The notes below the pieces were generated by a model. It did not search any database. It had not been told where the DNA came from and was given only the letters and a program-made list of their open reading frames with translations. A DNA stretch of 64,000 nt. Origin: Octopus bimaculoides (taxonomy: Eukaryota). Position numbers and translations under genes: made by a program. Shown here one piece after another: positions 12,588-26,938 of the stretch. Location: NCBI RefSeq assembly GCF_001194135.2, contig NC_068984.1, positions 26,457,241 to 26,521,240 of the forward strand, given 5' to 3'. The first letter of the stretch is position 1. The number at the start of each line of letters is the position of its first letter.

Positions 12588-13683
12588 GTTTCTGTGTTCG
12601 TTTCAGATTCGCCTCATATAGAAAAGAACGAACCTGTAGCTTTTGAAATCGCAAGAGACCTGACAAGATCTGTCGTTAATGATATCTTTCTGAAGAGAAT
12701 GTTTATAAAACAACTTTCATGATTTTCAGTGATTATATATTTCTTGTACCACAAAACCAAGATCCATTACAAAACAATCCGTCGATCCTCTTAAAATAAT
12801 TTGTTTATAGTAAGACAACCAACCATGCCATATGTTGTCTCAACGTCAAGAGAATGGGAATTAAATTCCAAAAAATATATGGTTTTCGATTTGTTTACTT
12901 TGCTGGTTTTAAAGCATATTAGCTTCTGAAAAATGTCTACACTTTTGCAGGAATGAGGGTGATAGATATTAATTTTCGTTTTCAGTTAGATTAAAACAAG
13001 CACTTATTACACGCTTTCATAACAAATATCAACTTATGCACAATCAGTTTTCGTTGACTTCTGAACTGAGGCAAAAAAAGAACAATTAGGCTTTTGATAT
13101 ATATTTCTTTCAGACACTCAATACCTCAGTTTAATAAAGGATGAGTAAGAAGAGCTATAAACTTACGTCTTCATTAACAAACCATTATAAATATGCTACT
13201 TGTACAATGATTCAGGCACAAATATCACTTCGTGGTTAAGAAGTTGACTTCCGTGTTATGTAGCTTCGAATTCAATCTGACTGTGCAGCTATTTTTGTCA
13301 AGTGTCTTCCACTACAGCTCTTCGCTGACTAAAGAATTGTAAATGAATTCGAGAGAAGGAAACTGAAAGAAGTCCAGCACATATATATACACATATGCGT
13401 AAATATATATACACATATCGTTGCTATTATATTAAACTGTAGTATGTCCAAATTTGGTCAAATGCATCTTTCAAAATTTATTTCTGCTTGCTGGTTCTTT
13501 TGGTCAAGCTGTCGTCTCTCGAGCTGCTTCAGATGCCAAGGTATCAAAAATTGTCAAAGTGTAGTACAACTCTTTTGCTATGGAACGGTGAAACTATTTT
13601 TTCGTTTTCTGAAAAAAGCAATGTTTTGCACTTACGACACTTTTGCATAATAGCAACGTATGTATGTATATATATATATATAT

Positions 13684-14560
<877 letters not shown>

Positions 14561-14899
14561 CACATACTTTTGAATTTCTCATTCAAATTTGGAGGAATAA
14601 ACTATATGCTGCTCAACATTACGCCTGTTTAGTTTCATTTGCTTTGACTAAGTAGTTTCTCGCGAATTTACGGGAGTCATAAAGATATCGACACAGCTTG
14701 TCAAGCTGTGGTCGGGAACAAACAGACGCAGACAGACAGACACACACACGATTGATTTCTTTTTAATTTCCGGCTATGAATTCTACTCACAAGGGTTGGA
14801 TTGGCCCGAGGCTCGAATACAAGACACATGCCAAGGTGTCACACAGTGGGACTGAACCCGGAACCATGTGGTTTAGAAGCAAACCCTCTCACCACACAG

Positions 14900-14945
<46 letters not shown>

Positions 14946-15034
14946 NNNNNNNNNNNNNNNNNNNNNNNNNNNNNNNNNNNNNNNNNNNNNNNNNNNNNNT
15001 GTGTGTGTGTGTATACATGTATATATATTCTTTG

Positions 15035-15085
<51 letters not shown>

Positions 15086-16340
15086 TCGACAGATATGCAT
15101 GTGTGTCTTCTTGCTTTAAGCAAGTCTGGTTAGTTTCCTGTCATGTGTGAAAAAAATATTTGGCCGCAGAATAATATTACCTTGTTTGTAAACAGTAGAC
15201 GGTCAGCGACGGGAAGGGTATCCGGCCACAGAAAATCTGCCGAAATGAATTCCATCTGACTTGTGCAGGCATGGAATAGTATACGTTAAAACGATGATAA
15301 CAATGACAACTCAATGTATTCATGCGTAAATATCCATATAACAACATAATATTGGTTTCAAATTCTGACACAAGGACAGTAAGTTCGGTGCATGGGGTAC
15401 GCTGATTTTATCGACCCGTGTTCGACTGGCATTTATTTTATCGACCCCGAAATGACCTCGGTGGACTTTGACTTCAAAACGTAAAACGTTTCTGTCAGCT
15501 CGCCGCACCACGTTTAAACATTTTATTAATTTTTGGCTCAAGGTTTCTTTTTTTTTTTTTTTTCTATTTTTTTCTATTAGTTTTTCGCACTCCCTACCTT
15601 AAATAGGTTAACACTAAGTTAGCTACAGTTTTTCATGCTGATGCTATCTCGGAATAATTTGTTTAGAAGCAATTCTGTTATCCAACGCTAATTAATATAC
15701 AAAAGGCGTCGCCGTGTGATTAGACGTTTGTTTTCTTACTTCCGGGTTTAGTTCAACTATGTGGTGCATTGGACAAGTGACTTCTACTATAACCTCATGT
15801 CGACCAAAGCCTTGTGAGTGGATTTGGTTGATAGAAACTTAAAGAAACTTGTCATGAATATAACCTGCTCGTATTTCTCCCTCGAGCCTACCTCCAAAAT
15901 ATTATCAGCGGCCAATTTCTTTTGAGTGTACAGATTGGTACATGTGAACGAATATATTGACAAAGCGCCTAAAGTGGGGAAAACAATCTCAGCAAATGTT
16001 TGTATATTATTAAGTTGGAAAAATTAATAGCTCCTCTATTAATTAGCAGATAATTAGCCTACATTTCGAGTATATTTTCTCCTTCACAGCACTGTCATGA
16101 CTGCTGCTGTTGTTTGCTGTGATGGTAGCGATAGTGGGTAGCAAGAACAAGGACCATACTTTGTCCAAACAAAGACACATTCCAAGTGTTTAGATACAGA
16201 CGGCGTAGTGTTCTGTTACTAGTGATATGACGGAGGTTAAAATCATTATTGCTTAGATGTCAAAACACATCTTATTTGAAATTACGTGCGCGGAAACCTA
16301 CGTATGTGATGATGTTAGTATACGCACAGTCTCTTTCAGA

Positions 16341-16409
<69 letters not shown>

Positions 16410-18499
16410 CGTGCGCACGCGCACGTATGCACTCGCTCCAAGCTGAATCTATTCAATGTTTCCCGTTTCCAATTCTCGGGCGATCAGAGATCAGGAACAA
16501 AAAAGGTTGAGTAAATATTCCAGCCCAGCCAATACCATAATAGTATTGAGTACTTTCTTTCACCTTAGTGCATTTTACACCAATCTGATAATACTAACGA
16601 GTGTGTTTGTGCTCAGTTACAGACTTACACGCATGGACAGTGTATATTATCTATACTTATAGTCCACATTATACAACCGCAGCGTGCGTGCACACACACA
16701 AAGAAATCTTTTATTTGAGAAGTATACGAAAATTGGGGGAAATCTAATATGACTATGAACAAGATAGTTGTTGTTTACATATTACGCACTATACGCAAAC
16801 TTATTTGTCTGAGAATTCATGCCTGGAGTAAGAAGTTATTTTTATTGAAGTGAGTAACATGCTTTATGAGGAGATTCATTCTGAACATAGTCATCATGGT
16901 TTCGATTTCGTGCAGGAGGCTCATTCACTTCAGTTACTGTTCCTTCCACAAACACATTCCCCAAGAAAGCAGATACCTTCAATTTACTGCTACACAGCTT
17001 TTACTTGCTTACTCACTCTGTCTATCTGTCTCTCTTTCAAAAATACTCCGAACATCACAACATCTAAAACTAGCCGAACGTTTACTTTTGGACTGTTTCT
17101 AACTCGGCCCCAGCGCTTTCAAATTCAGCATATCTGACTATAAATAAGTAGCAGGAAGTTCTTGGCTCCTTGCGTTAATCGAATTGATAAATGATCAGGA
17201 GCAACACAGCCGTAATCATTCTAGCTTTTGGTACGATTATAGCTACATTGCCCTTCCCTTTATAAGACATTAGGGTATTATTAAAAAGGAGGAAAAGGCG
17301 GTGAGAAGTACCAGTTACGCACAAAATTTCAGACATTGTGCCTATTCTTTTTTACTCGTTTCAGCCATGCGGTTGTGGCTATGCTGGAGCACCATCGTGG
17401 ATAGAAAAGATTTTTAATAAGGAGGAATTACCTGTTATCTTTTGCAGAAGCTCAAAGTAGTGAAGCACTTTGTAATTATATGAGGGGTTTAGTAACAGAG
17501 TGTCGTAAGCGCCATCCCAGCCATTTTCAAGAATTAGTATATCATTCTCTTTGTCTTGACATCTAGAATACGGAAAAGTTGAGACGAAAAACCGGTGAGG
17601 CTTGCAATAAGGTCGAAAATCCAGCTGAAAAATTGTTTTACCTCAACGCTATTGACACGACGCTCGCTCACCCAAACTCGGACCAGAGAGTTTAGTAATA
17701 CACCACCGTAAGCACGCACGCTCACTCAATAACTCTGGTGTGTTCCCTGCATTGTTTTTCGAGGTGTTATTGCTCATTTTCTAATATTCCTCGGTAACGA
17801 TAACGGGCTATTATTTTACTATCTGGTAGTAAGTACCAGTTACGCACAAAATTTCAGGCCATGTGCCTATTCTTTTTACTCGTTTCATCCATGCGGTTGC
17901 GGTCATGAGGAAGCACCACCGTAGGTAGAAAGATGCTTACCTGGGTATATTAAAGCACAAGCAATACCGTTGGGAGGGGGGTCTCTGTATGTTTTTTTCT
18001 AGGTATTATGGCTAAAATATGCAATGCAATGCACCGTTTTGTAGCATCGGTATATTCTACAAAATGAGAAAGACGCAGTCCCTCTTTCAGATGCATACAT
18101 AAATAAATAATTTTACATAGATGGAATGATTAGAGGAAGTCTTCGCGGTCATTGTTTTAATGACCAAGACCAGCTTCATAAATTCATTCTTTGCCGAGAT
18201 ATCACATTCTGAAAGTCGCGAAACTTTGACTGCGTTTTTCTCGGTTTTTAAGTTGTGGCGCTTACGACGGTCCGTTACTAAACGCTTCATATGATTCGTT
18301 AGTATTCTGATTTTCCAATTCTATTAAAAACCTTGAAAAATCAAATAATGAAACTACTTTAGTAATAAACTTCACATCAATGTCTATAACCATCTCGTCC
18401 AGCTATTCATTGAATTTGGATTTTATTTCTGTCTACTCTGCAGTGTGAAACAGGGATGCATTATTGTTCGTATAAAGTAAAACTCTCACTCACACTCAC

Positions 18500-18533
18500 C
18501 TATTACGAGGAAATCCTTAACACTGAAATTCAT
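18500..18533 (-). CDS. Mox: Candidate first coding exon of Mox: MNFSVKDFLVI + G (phase 1)
   Basis: AAGATA-ATG context, in-frame stop just upstream, perfect donor AG|GTGAGT at 18500/18499. Phase 1 matches the exon-2 acceptor (G+AC = Asp). No transcript support available. Confidence 0.4.
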
Positions 18534-19319
18534 TATCTTTTTGTTTCTCTGATGTAATACCAATAGTTACCGCGATGGATTGGTTTCTGGCATTTCGAAC
18601 GCGACTAGCTTAGATTCTGAACTGAAGATTCAACTAATTTATATTACCAATGCCTTCATCCCCGGAATCTCCCATTTTGTATTGCTAAATTTTAAAGGAA
18701 AATATGTTACTTTAGAAAGGAGCCAACCGGAAATGGATCACATCTTGCGCATTCGAATGCATAAACAAAAATTAGTCATAAAAAATAACATTAATAAAGC
18801 ATATTTACTATTAATCCCGTCTCCTCCATTTAATTTTGTTCCTTACATTGACATAAAACAACATATTTATTTCGGATTAGTAGCGGATGACTCTAATGAT
18901 AGGAAATGAAAACTGACTTTGGCAGGATTTATATTCAGGATGTAAAGCGACATAACTAAATGTAAATTAATTCAGTATGGTTCTCTGCCGCTTTTGGAGC
19001 TCCACCGCCCAAACAAAACTACAAAGCGATGCATTTTAACTGTAGAAAGGTGAAGACGACCCTAACGATATTTGACCAAGAACATAAAAGAACGTAACGG
19101 GATATTATAGTATTGATAATGATAAGAAAAACGGGTATCACTAAAGGACCATTGTGGTTAGCCGGCATATGAAACCGATTTAAAAGGAAGCACTGCAACC
19201 GCCAGCATTATATATCCCTTTAAACTCATTATATATATCGTCTATCTCGATGTTTTGTTGTCCCTTTCTTGTATCATCTAACTGTCTGGATGCTTTGCGT
19301 TCTTGTCCCATTTTGTATT

Positions 19320-19404
<85 letters not shown>

Positions 19405-19414
19405 ACAAAGCAAC

Positions 19415-19880
19415 ACAAATCGCCGAAAAGACTTGTAACAAATGCGAAGCTCTACACAACAACCACGTAACCAACGGTTAAAAAGTGTGGACGCCCAAAA
19501 TGTGGAACATGCCCCAACATACCGGAAGGCTCGGAATTCATATTCAACCGAAGAGAGAGGTTCACAATTAAAACCAACTTCACCTGTGCTTCCAAGGATC
19601 TAATTTATGTTATAACCTGTTCAGGTTGTGGACATAACTATGTAGGACAGACAAGTATGACACAGACGGAGAACGACACGACATAAGGAACAGATCAGGT
19701 TCCCGCAATACAGATGGATTCCTTTGGATGAACACATAGAGAGATGTGCAGGTAACGTCCAACCAAACTTCAGTTTTCCCCATCTAGCAGTGTAAAGAAA
19801 CAATTTCTGTACAAGAACGTTTAAATAAAGAAAGTTTGTTTATCGAAAAATACCGAACACGTCTAAATATGAACGCATAA
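19415..19880 (+). mobile_element. Penelope-like element (Neptune-type) GIY-YIG endonuclease fragment
   Basis: Frames give KKCGRPKCGTCPNI...NFTCASKDLIYVITCSGCGHNYVGQTS / RRRTTRHKEQIR / ERLNKESLFIEKYRTRLN: a Cys motif plus IY-x-YVG, with two frameshifts. Confidence 0.85.
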
Positions 19881-20236
19881 CCAACTTTGGTCTCAGTATA
19901 TATTTTAATTCATGATCACATACCTAACACTGTACATATTTCATCTCATTACTTTAGCTTTTGCGTTTTCGTATATATATTTATCCTCTCACCGAAAGAT
20001 GAGCAATTACCTCCCCTGTTCCCAATAATAACGATCACCTCCCTTTAGATTTTTATACTTGTTGAATCATTCATTCACAAACTTCTCCACACACAACATG
20101 GACGAAAAGCTTAAGAAAATACGAAATTACAATAATTTCAATGTGATGACTAACAAAAACGGTCGACAAACGCAATATTCTTTCACTTATAAAATATATT
20201 AAAAAATATATTAAACTATGTAAACTGTGTGCAATT

Positions 20237-20270
<34 letters not shown>

Positions 20271-22090
20271 CATTACAACTTAACCACGTGGGGATAATCG
20301 AAATTCACCTCTTTCTTTTTTGTTTCTCTTTCTCATATATATTCATTACTATAAGAATATCGCAATTAGCTCCATTATATGAAAACATACGAAACATTGG
20401 AAGAGGGAGCGAAGGCTAAAAGTGTCGTAAACTTGGTACTTGGTGATTCACATCGTCATGAAAAATAAGGTAATATCTAGTTTCAGATAAAGCTGCTTTG
20501 GCTGAGTAGCGATGTAATGTGATAAGACAGTTGGATTGAAACAGAAATGAATGGGTCAAATTAAAGGTGGAGACAGGGAGTAAACTTAGGTCATTGTAGT
20601 GAACGAGGAGAGTGAAGTGAGTATGGTACGAGAGACAGCGTAAGGTATAAGTTTCTTGTGAGAGAGGATTGGTGGGAAGAGCTAGCAGTATCGTATGAGT
20701 TAAGATAGAGAATCCGAATCTAGAGTCTTAAACTTACTATTTTTTTTTTTTAACAACGATACCTGTATGTAGGCTCGAGTAGTAACTAATGCTACCGCAA
20801 TGTTTCGGACTACATTATGAGTAGCTTGTGTAGTACAAGTTTAAATTAAAATTCATTTAAATAATATGAAGAACTAAATATGGCAAAAGTTTGGTAGGAT
20901 GGAAAGGGGGAGATAAAAGAGGAAAGTGAAATAGGAATGAAGAGAAGCTACAGCTTAAATTGTGATTGAGTGGTACGTTAGTGCTATGTATGCTTCAACG
21001 AAAACCTATCCCCTTTTATCCTAATTATGTGCCTGGCTCGAATTTGTTTGATACAGGATTGTGTGGCATTTGTGTATTTCAATGATATTAATGACGTCAG
21101 TGAAATCGCTAACGCTTAGAATTCGCATCACATCATAGTTTCGGCTCACTGAAAAATTACCTCTCCAGTGCTCGCCATTTCTTGTTGAATCCTTATATAT
21201 TGCAGTGTAATTATAGTCGAGATAAACTTCCGGCAGACTTGACACGTTTATAATTCGCAGTGGAAGCCATTTCAAACTAAGTACATGGCAAATGCCAATG
21301 AAAGAAAATATGAACATCCACAGTCTTAACCCTTCTTCACTAAAAATTAACATGTCTACTTTTTTTTTACGGGAAACATACGCATATTCCTCTACGATTG
21401 TCCGTGGAATATTTCCAGAATTACGTTTCCTAGTAAAAGATTTGAAAGAAACATGTAGTGCACAACAAAGTCTGTTCGCTAATTGAAATATGATAATCAG
21501 TCAGTTTGTAAAAGTTTATTTACGTAAAATACCTTTCAGGCTACTAATATTAGAAACGCAATAGAAAACTATCAATACATCCGTAGCAAGGTCAGTGTTC
21601 TGATGCGACTATGTGAATAAAATTTCTTTTGACTGGATGCAAAATCTCTGTATTTCAAAGCATTTTACTAGGGGGTTTAAATAACATAAGTAAAGAGAAA
21701 CGACTTCAGCATAGGATACAAACAAATTCGAAGTTTTAGTTAACTGAGTGATTAGTTTCCCACTCTATGACGATCATCATGTAAGTATATGTTAGCTCGA
21801 ACAACAGATTTTATTATTGTGACTACAGTATGGGTAGCCGAGTGGATAAGCTCATAATCCTACCATTGGATGTGTAAACAAAACCAAGACTTATATATGC
21901 GTGTGTTTCAATGTGTGTGTGCGCGCGTGTGCGTATGTGTGTGAACATTAATTTAACTGTTTATAGGTTTTTTTTGGTGCACCAATCTATGCTTCATTGA
22001 ATTTCCAATGGAGGAAATGTCAAAGAAGTGTCTGTGCAATTCAGTCTGAATAAAATACCAAGCAAAATTTTTATTCAGAAGTGTTTCTAC

Positions 22091-22135
<45 letters not shown>

Positions 22136-22379
22136 TCCCCCCTCTCTCTCACACACACACAGACAAATACACACCCTTTCTCAAGATGAGCTTCCATTGC
22201 TCTGTCTATCAAAATTTTACTTATAAGGTATTGTTGAAACAGAGGATATTGAAAAAGAGATCACGGTTTTGATCATTGGGGAAGTTACAGGTAGTTACTA
22301 AAAAATTTCTCAAGCACACAGCCATACCTGCACTAAAATATAACTTACTGTCATGTCCTTTAGTTCCTTAGCTTTGTTG

Positions 22380-22620
22380 CGACATCGCAAATAAGAATAT
22401 GCTAGTGAACCGCTTTATTTTTACAATTGCAATTCTATAACTAGAGCAATAATAAATTACTCCCAGATCATATTTACAATTCCGAACGTTATTGTTGACG
22501 AAATTGATGAAATGATGTCTTTAAATGGTCCATTTCTGGTATTGCAAAACCATTAACTATCAATAGTTTTGTTTACCTGACGAAGATACATCTGGAGATA
22601 CATCCTCCAAATGTATCCTC
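22380..22620 (+). mobile_element. Possible Penelope-like 3' end remnant
   Basis: RHRK*EYASE and FKWSISGIAKP resemble PLE endonuclease C-termini. They are followed by CTGACGA + GATACAT...ATGTATC hairpin without GAAA. Confidence 0.3.
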
Positions 22621-24621
22621 TCCTACTCATTTATGAAGGAATGATCCAGTCAGTTTATGGCATAATTCTTTGTGTTTGAGTTCTAACTAATGAGTGAATT
22701 TTATTAAATAAAGTGGCATTAAATACAATCTTTACCGAAACGAACCTCACAGAGAACCTCCTTACGAGTGTTTGATATGCTAGAAATAATAGCGACATCT
22801 CCCTCAAGTCATAAAAATGTTGCATCATTGGATAGCGTAGCCCTTTATACACAATTAATAATGCAATATGGTGATTTGGGATAATTTAGAATGTGAAACA
22901 CACTTAGTTATGCAAATTGGACTGACCAGTTTAACTGTGCCTCAGTCTGAGTGCGCTATGATACTAATCTCTTCGTGGATAGAAGATGGTCATCCTTTCT
23001 CTGCTGAAAGCCTAATGTTAGAAATCAGTGAGTCTAATTAGTGAAATCGATCTACTTTCAATCCACACAAAAAAAAAAAAAAAATCTGTCAAAGTTTCAT
23101 CAATATTTTCTTATATATATATCTAAAAATAATCTTTAAAAAAAAAAAGAAAAACAGAATCGCTAATATTTGAAGCAATTTTGAACTACTACGTTGTGAT
23201 TTTATTGTGCAGGTAACAATTTACCCTAATTAAGATCAAAGGAATTGCATACCTGACAATCATTTGTATTAATAACATTTAATAGAGTGATTAAGTTGGC
23301 GAGCAGGCAGAATCGTTAATACGCCAGCCAACAATGCTTAGCGGTATCTTGTCTGTCTTTACGTTCTGAGTTCAAATTCGGCCGAAGTCGACTTTGCCCT
23401 TTAACCAATATTTAAAAGAGTTATTGATTTGAAAAATGCATTTAATCTTAATCATTATAAAATAGCGTAAAGGTTGTGTTTACTGGCCGATTTTTCTGAA
23501 TTAGAGATTTTCTTTCTAATTGTTTTAATTAGAACTCAATAGATATCGTAATTACTGCAAGAAATAAATTTAAATATAATTAGGATTGGTAGATATAAAT
23601 TGAAATGCTTAGTGATAGACAGAGCTTGTAGTTGTGAATTCAAGTTTCTGGAAAAACAAACACAGGAAAACAATAACAAAAAAACTAAACAAATAAAACG
23701 GAATATGAGTCTGTCGTTGCTTTTCTGGGCTTAAATTTTAATTTTTTTATAAAACCATTGGATTATGCGAATATATAAGACGAAGAAGAAAAAAAAAAAA
23801 CCTGTTTTTCCTATTTATATAAACGAACCTAAGATGCCTGAAATAAATGTGCATTATGTGTCACTCAATGATTAGAAACAAATATACATATGCCAAATTC
23901 TCGGATGGTAGACCTAAACTGCTGCATGGTTTAACGCCACAACCTAGCCCATGGTTGCTTTTAGCGAGATCCACTCAGACAAAGCTTTCGACTTTTTATC
24001 CGACTTGTGAAATCTGATAGGAGGAAAGAAAAGAGGAAAAAAACAGTATTCATGGGATGCTGCAGTAGAAAATACTGTGTCAAAATACTGATAGTTGGTT
24101 GTACACTTCTCCCCCATCTCAGACTGGAGTACATAGGTCAATTGTTTTGTTGTTTCTGTATGAAAGCAAGCTATATTAATTGTTCTTTGATTGCTTATAT
24201 AATCGTTCTCCTCTCATCTGAATAAAACATATCATTGTCACCCAAAGGAAAAAAACAAAAACAAAACATAGGAGTTGAAACCACGATCTTATGATCATGA
24301 GCCGAATCGCCTAAATACCAAGCCACGTGCCGTCGCAAGATGGAGAGATAGATCGACAAAAAGAGTAGTGTCGATTTTTCTAAATAATACATGTCTTGCC
24401 GACATAGATTTAACAACAGACATTTTGGATTCTGTTTTATCGTGGATAGATAAGGAAAAAGAGAGGGGGAGAAGAGAAAGAGAGAAGGGAGAGAGGGCGA
24501 AAGAGGGGAGGAAGAGAGAGAGAGCGAAAAGGGGATGAGAGCGGAGGGGAGAATGAGAGCAAGAGAGGGAGAGCGAGAGAAGGGAGAGAGTGAGAAGGGA
24601 GAGCGAGTGAGAAGAGAGAGT

Positions 24622-24673
<52 letters not shown>

Positions 24674-25179
24674 ATGGAGGGAGAGAAAGTTGCTAGATTT
24701 GTTTTTCCTAACTTGTATGAGAGAAGAAAGCATATTCGTTTTTATTTTGGAAAAGACTGTAAACTTTCAGATAGGCAAGTTGTAAAATCGACCGTTTTTC
24801 ACACGGAAATTTCAGTATTTAGTTTCATTTCCCGGTTTGTTGTCAAACAGGAACTTTAGACATAAGTTAGCAGGCTCCCCGGAGAGTTATAACTGACATA
24901 AATTGAGAATGTTTATTGGTGTAGGTGGATGGGTAAAACTAGAAGTGTACGTTATGAGTGCGTGTACACACGTGTATACACAAACTTATTCGATTATGTG
25001 AGTTCAAATCGACCCAACCGTTTTACTTTTTATTCTTCTGGGGTCAATATAACATCGCCATGTTCAAAATCATTAGTCCTAGACAAATGGGTTTGATTAT
25101 TTTAACTAAATCTCTCGTATAAATTGATCTTATAACCGTGCTAATAAACATTTAAACTTATTTGCCTTTCTTGACAACT

Positions 25180-25480
25180 GCTCATTGCAGCAGGGTGAGA
25201 ATATTACCCGACGAGTGAGCCACGATGCAAGTCGATGTGAGCCAGTGGCGATTTATCTCGATAAAAACGAAGGCCCAATTAAGGTGCTGAGGGTGTGTTT
25301 CGAATAGGATCTCCAAGTTGACAGGGACTAGGAAGAGATCGCAACCAGGTGAAGGAACAGGTTTCGTTGGCCAGGGAATCGATCTGATGCCAACTCCCAT
25401 TCAGTGTTGGTTTCGAGATGCTGTCACCGATGATGTGCAGGCACATGCTGAAGCTCATACGACTGCAAATATTATATTTT
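25180..25480 (+). mobile_element. Possible Tx1/L1-clade LINE remnant (post-RT region)
   Basis: GC-richer island. The + frame reads PIKVLRVCFE*DLQVDRD*EEIATR, resembling the K(I/V)LGVWFGPDLQ..NW.E motif of Tx1-like ORF2. Confidence 0.4.
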
Positions 25481-26835
25481 TACAACTGCGACGAACATTT
25501 TCCTTTCTGGTCAAGCAATCTCTAACACTCACTTTATAAACTCGTGTTTTGCTTTTGTATTATTCTGAATACAAGACTGGAAAACAAACGCACAAGTAGC
25601 GACATTGTGCTTAAATTGGAATTGGTAATTATTCTCATTAAAACAGTAATGACAGAAATAGATCGAAAGGCTGTCTAAATTCCTTTAATAATTAGTTTTA
25701 CATTTTGACGTTCAAGTTCCAGCCCAGCTGCTCCTCATCTCTCTGGGCTCAAAAAATAAGTATTAGTCATGTACAGTAATGGATTCACTTGACTATACTC
25801 TGCATATTTCTTAAATGTTTGTCAATAATAAAAGGTCTACTAATATTATATGTTTTTATAACTGTTATCAGTTGTTATGAACCAAAATTGTTGTTTTAAT
25901 ATGTATACATTTTTGAAGTGAAGGAGTCTTTTAGAGCTAATCTAAATTTAAAGACGATGATTGTTTGAAATGATAGTGTTGCTTATTTCTCTTGCTTCTT
26001 ATGTTGTAGATGTTGGTCTTGTCTTATGGTGAACATAAACAAAAAAAAATCATTGATAACAACTCATCCTGGAGCCTACTTGATAATACAATGTTATCTG
26101 GGCGTAAAGTTTAACAGTATGGGTTGGATATCAGGGAAAGATAATAAGAACAAAGCTTCATTGGTTGTTATCATATGCTTATGAGTGTATGTGCTTATGA
26201 GAAGCTTAAGGGAAATAAGTAAATGGATAAGAATTTCCTATTATATATCTAATAAAAATTAATTTGTGGTGGATGTCTGTAATCGATTGAATTATCCTCA
26301 GTATTTTGCTGGTATTTATTTTACAAACACCAGTAAGATGAACTGTGAATTAATTTCCAAGAGAGTCTAAAGTAACTGTTCCGACTTTCTACTGTCTTGA
26401 CCATTTCTTCAGTCTAGGTGTTCTTATTGTGGTACATCTTAAACAAACATGTGTAAACGTAGGTGTAAATTTGATACTTTTTATAACTTTTATGTTAAAC
26501 ATAAATGCTAACTGACCTCAGCTTAATTTAAAATTAAAATGTACAAAGATGAAACTAATATATAGGTGGATAGTAATAGCTTTGGTAAATCGTAAAAGCT
26601 TCTGCGTAAGTAGAACAATTTTAAAATTGTTTATGTATATTAGCATGGAAGTCACCAATATGCAGAAGAGCTCTGTTTTTACAACTCATCTCATACCTGT
26701 GTCTCTTGGTCTGTGTTTGGTCGAAAAACCCAAGCACTCATATTCAGTCAGTACTTTCACGCTGCCTCTGAATCAACGCATTAATCCATTCCTCTTCGGA
26801 TACACTGTATAAGACAGGGAGAAGGAGAAAGAGAA

Positions 26836-26938
<103 letters not shown>

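Noticed and set aside
18130-18300. Mariner C-terminus-like fragment (LRGHCFNDQDQLHKF)
   Set aside because: Similarity too short and interrupted to support a call.
22577-22625. ERIHLEDVSPDVSSS+G|GTAAAC as the end of Mox exon 1
   Set aside because: In-frame TAG directly upstream, no good acceptor, and the sequence lies in a PLE-like hairpin remnant.
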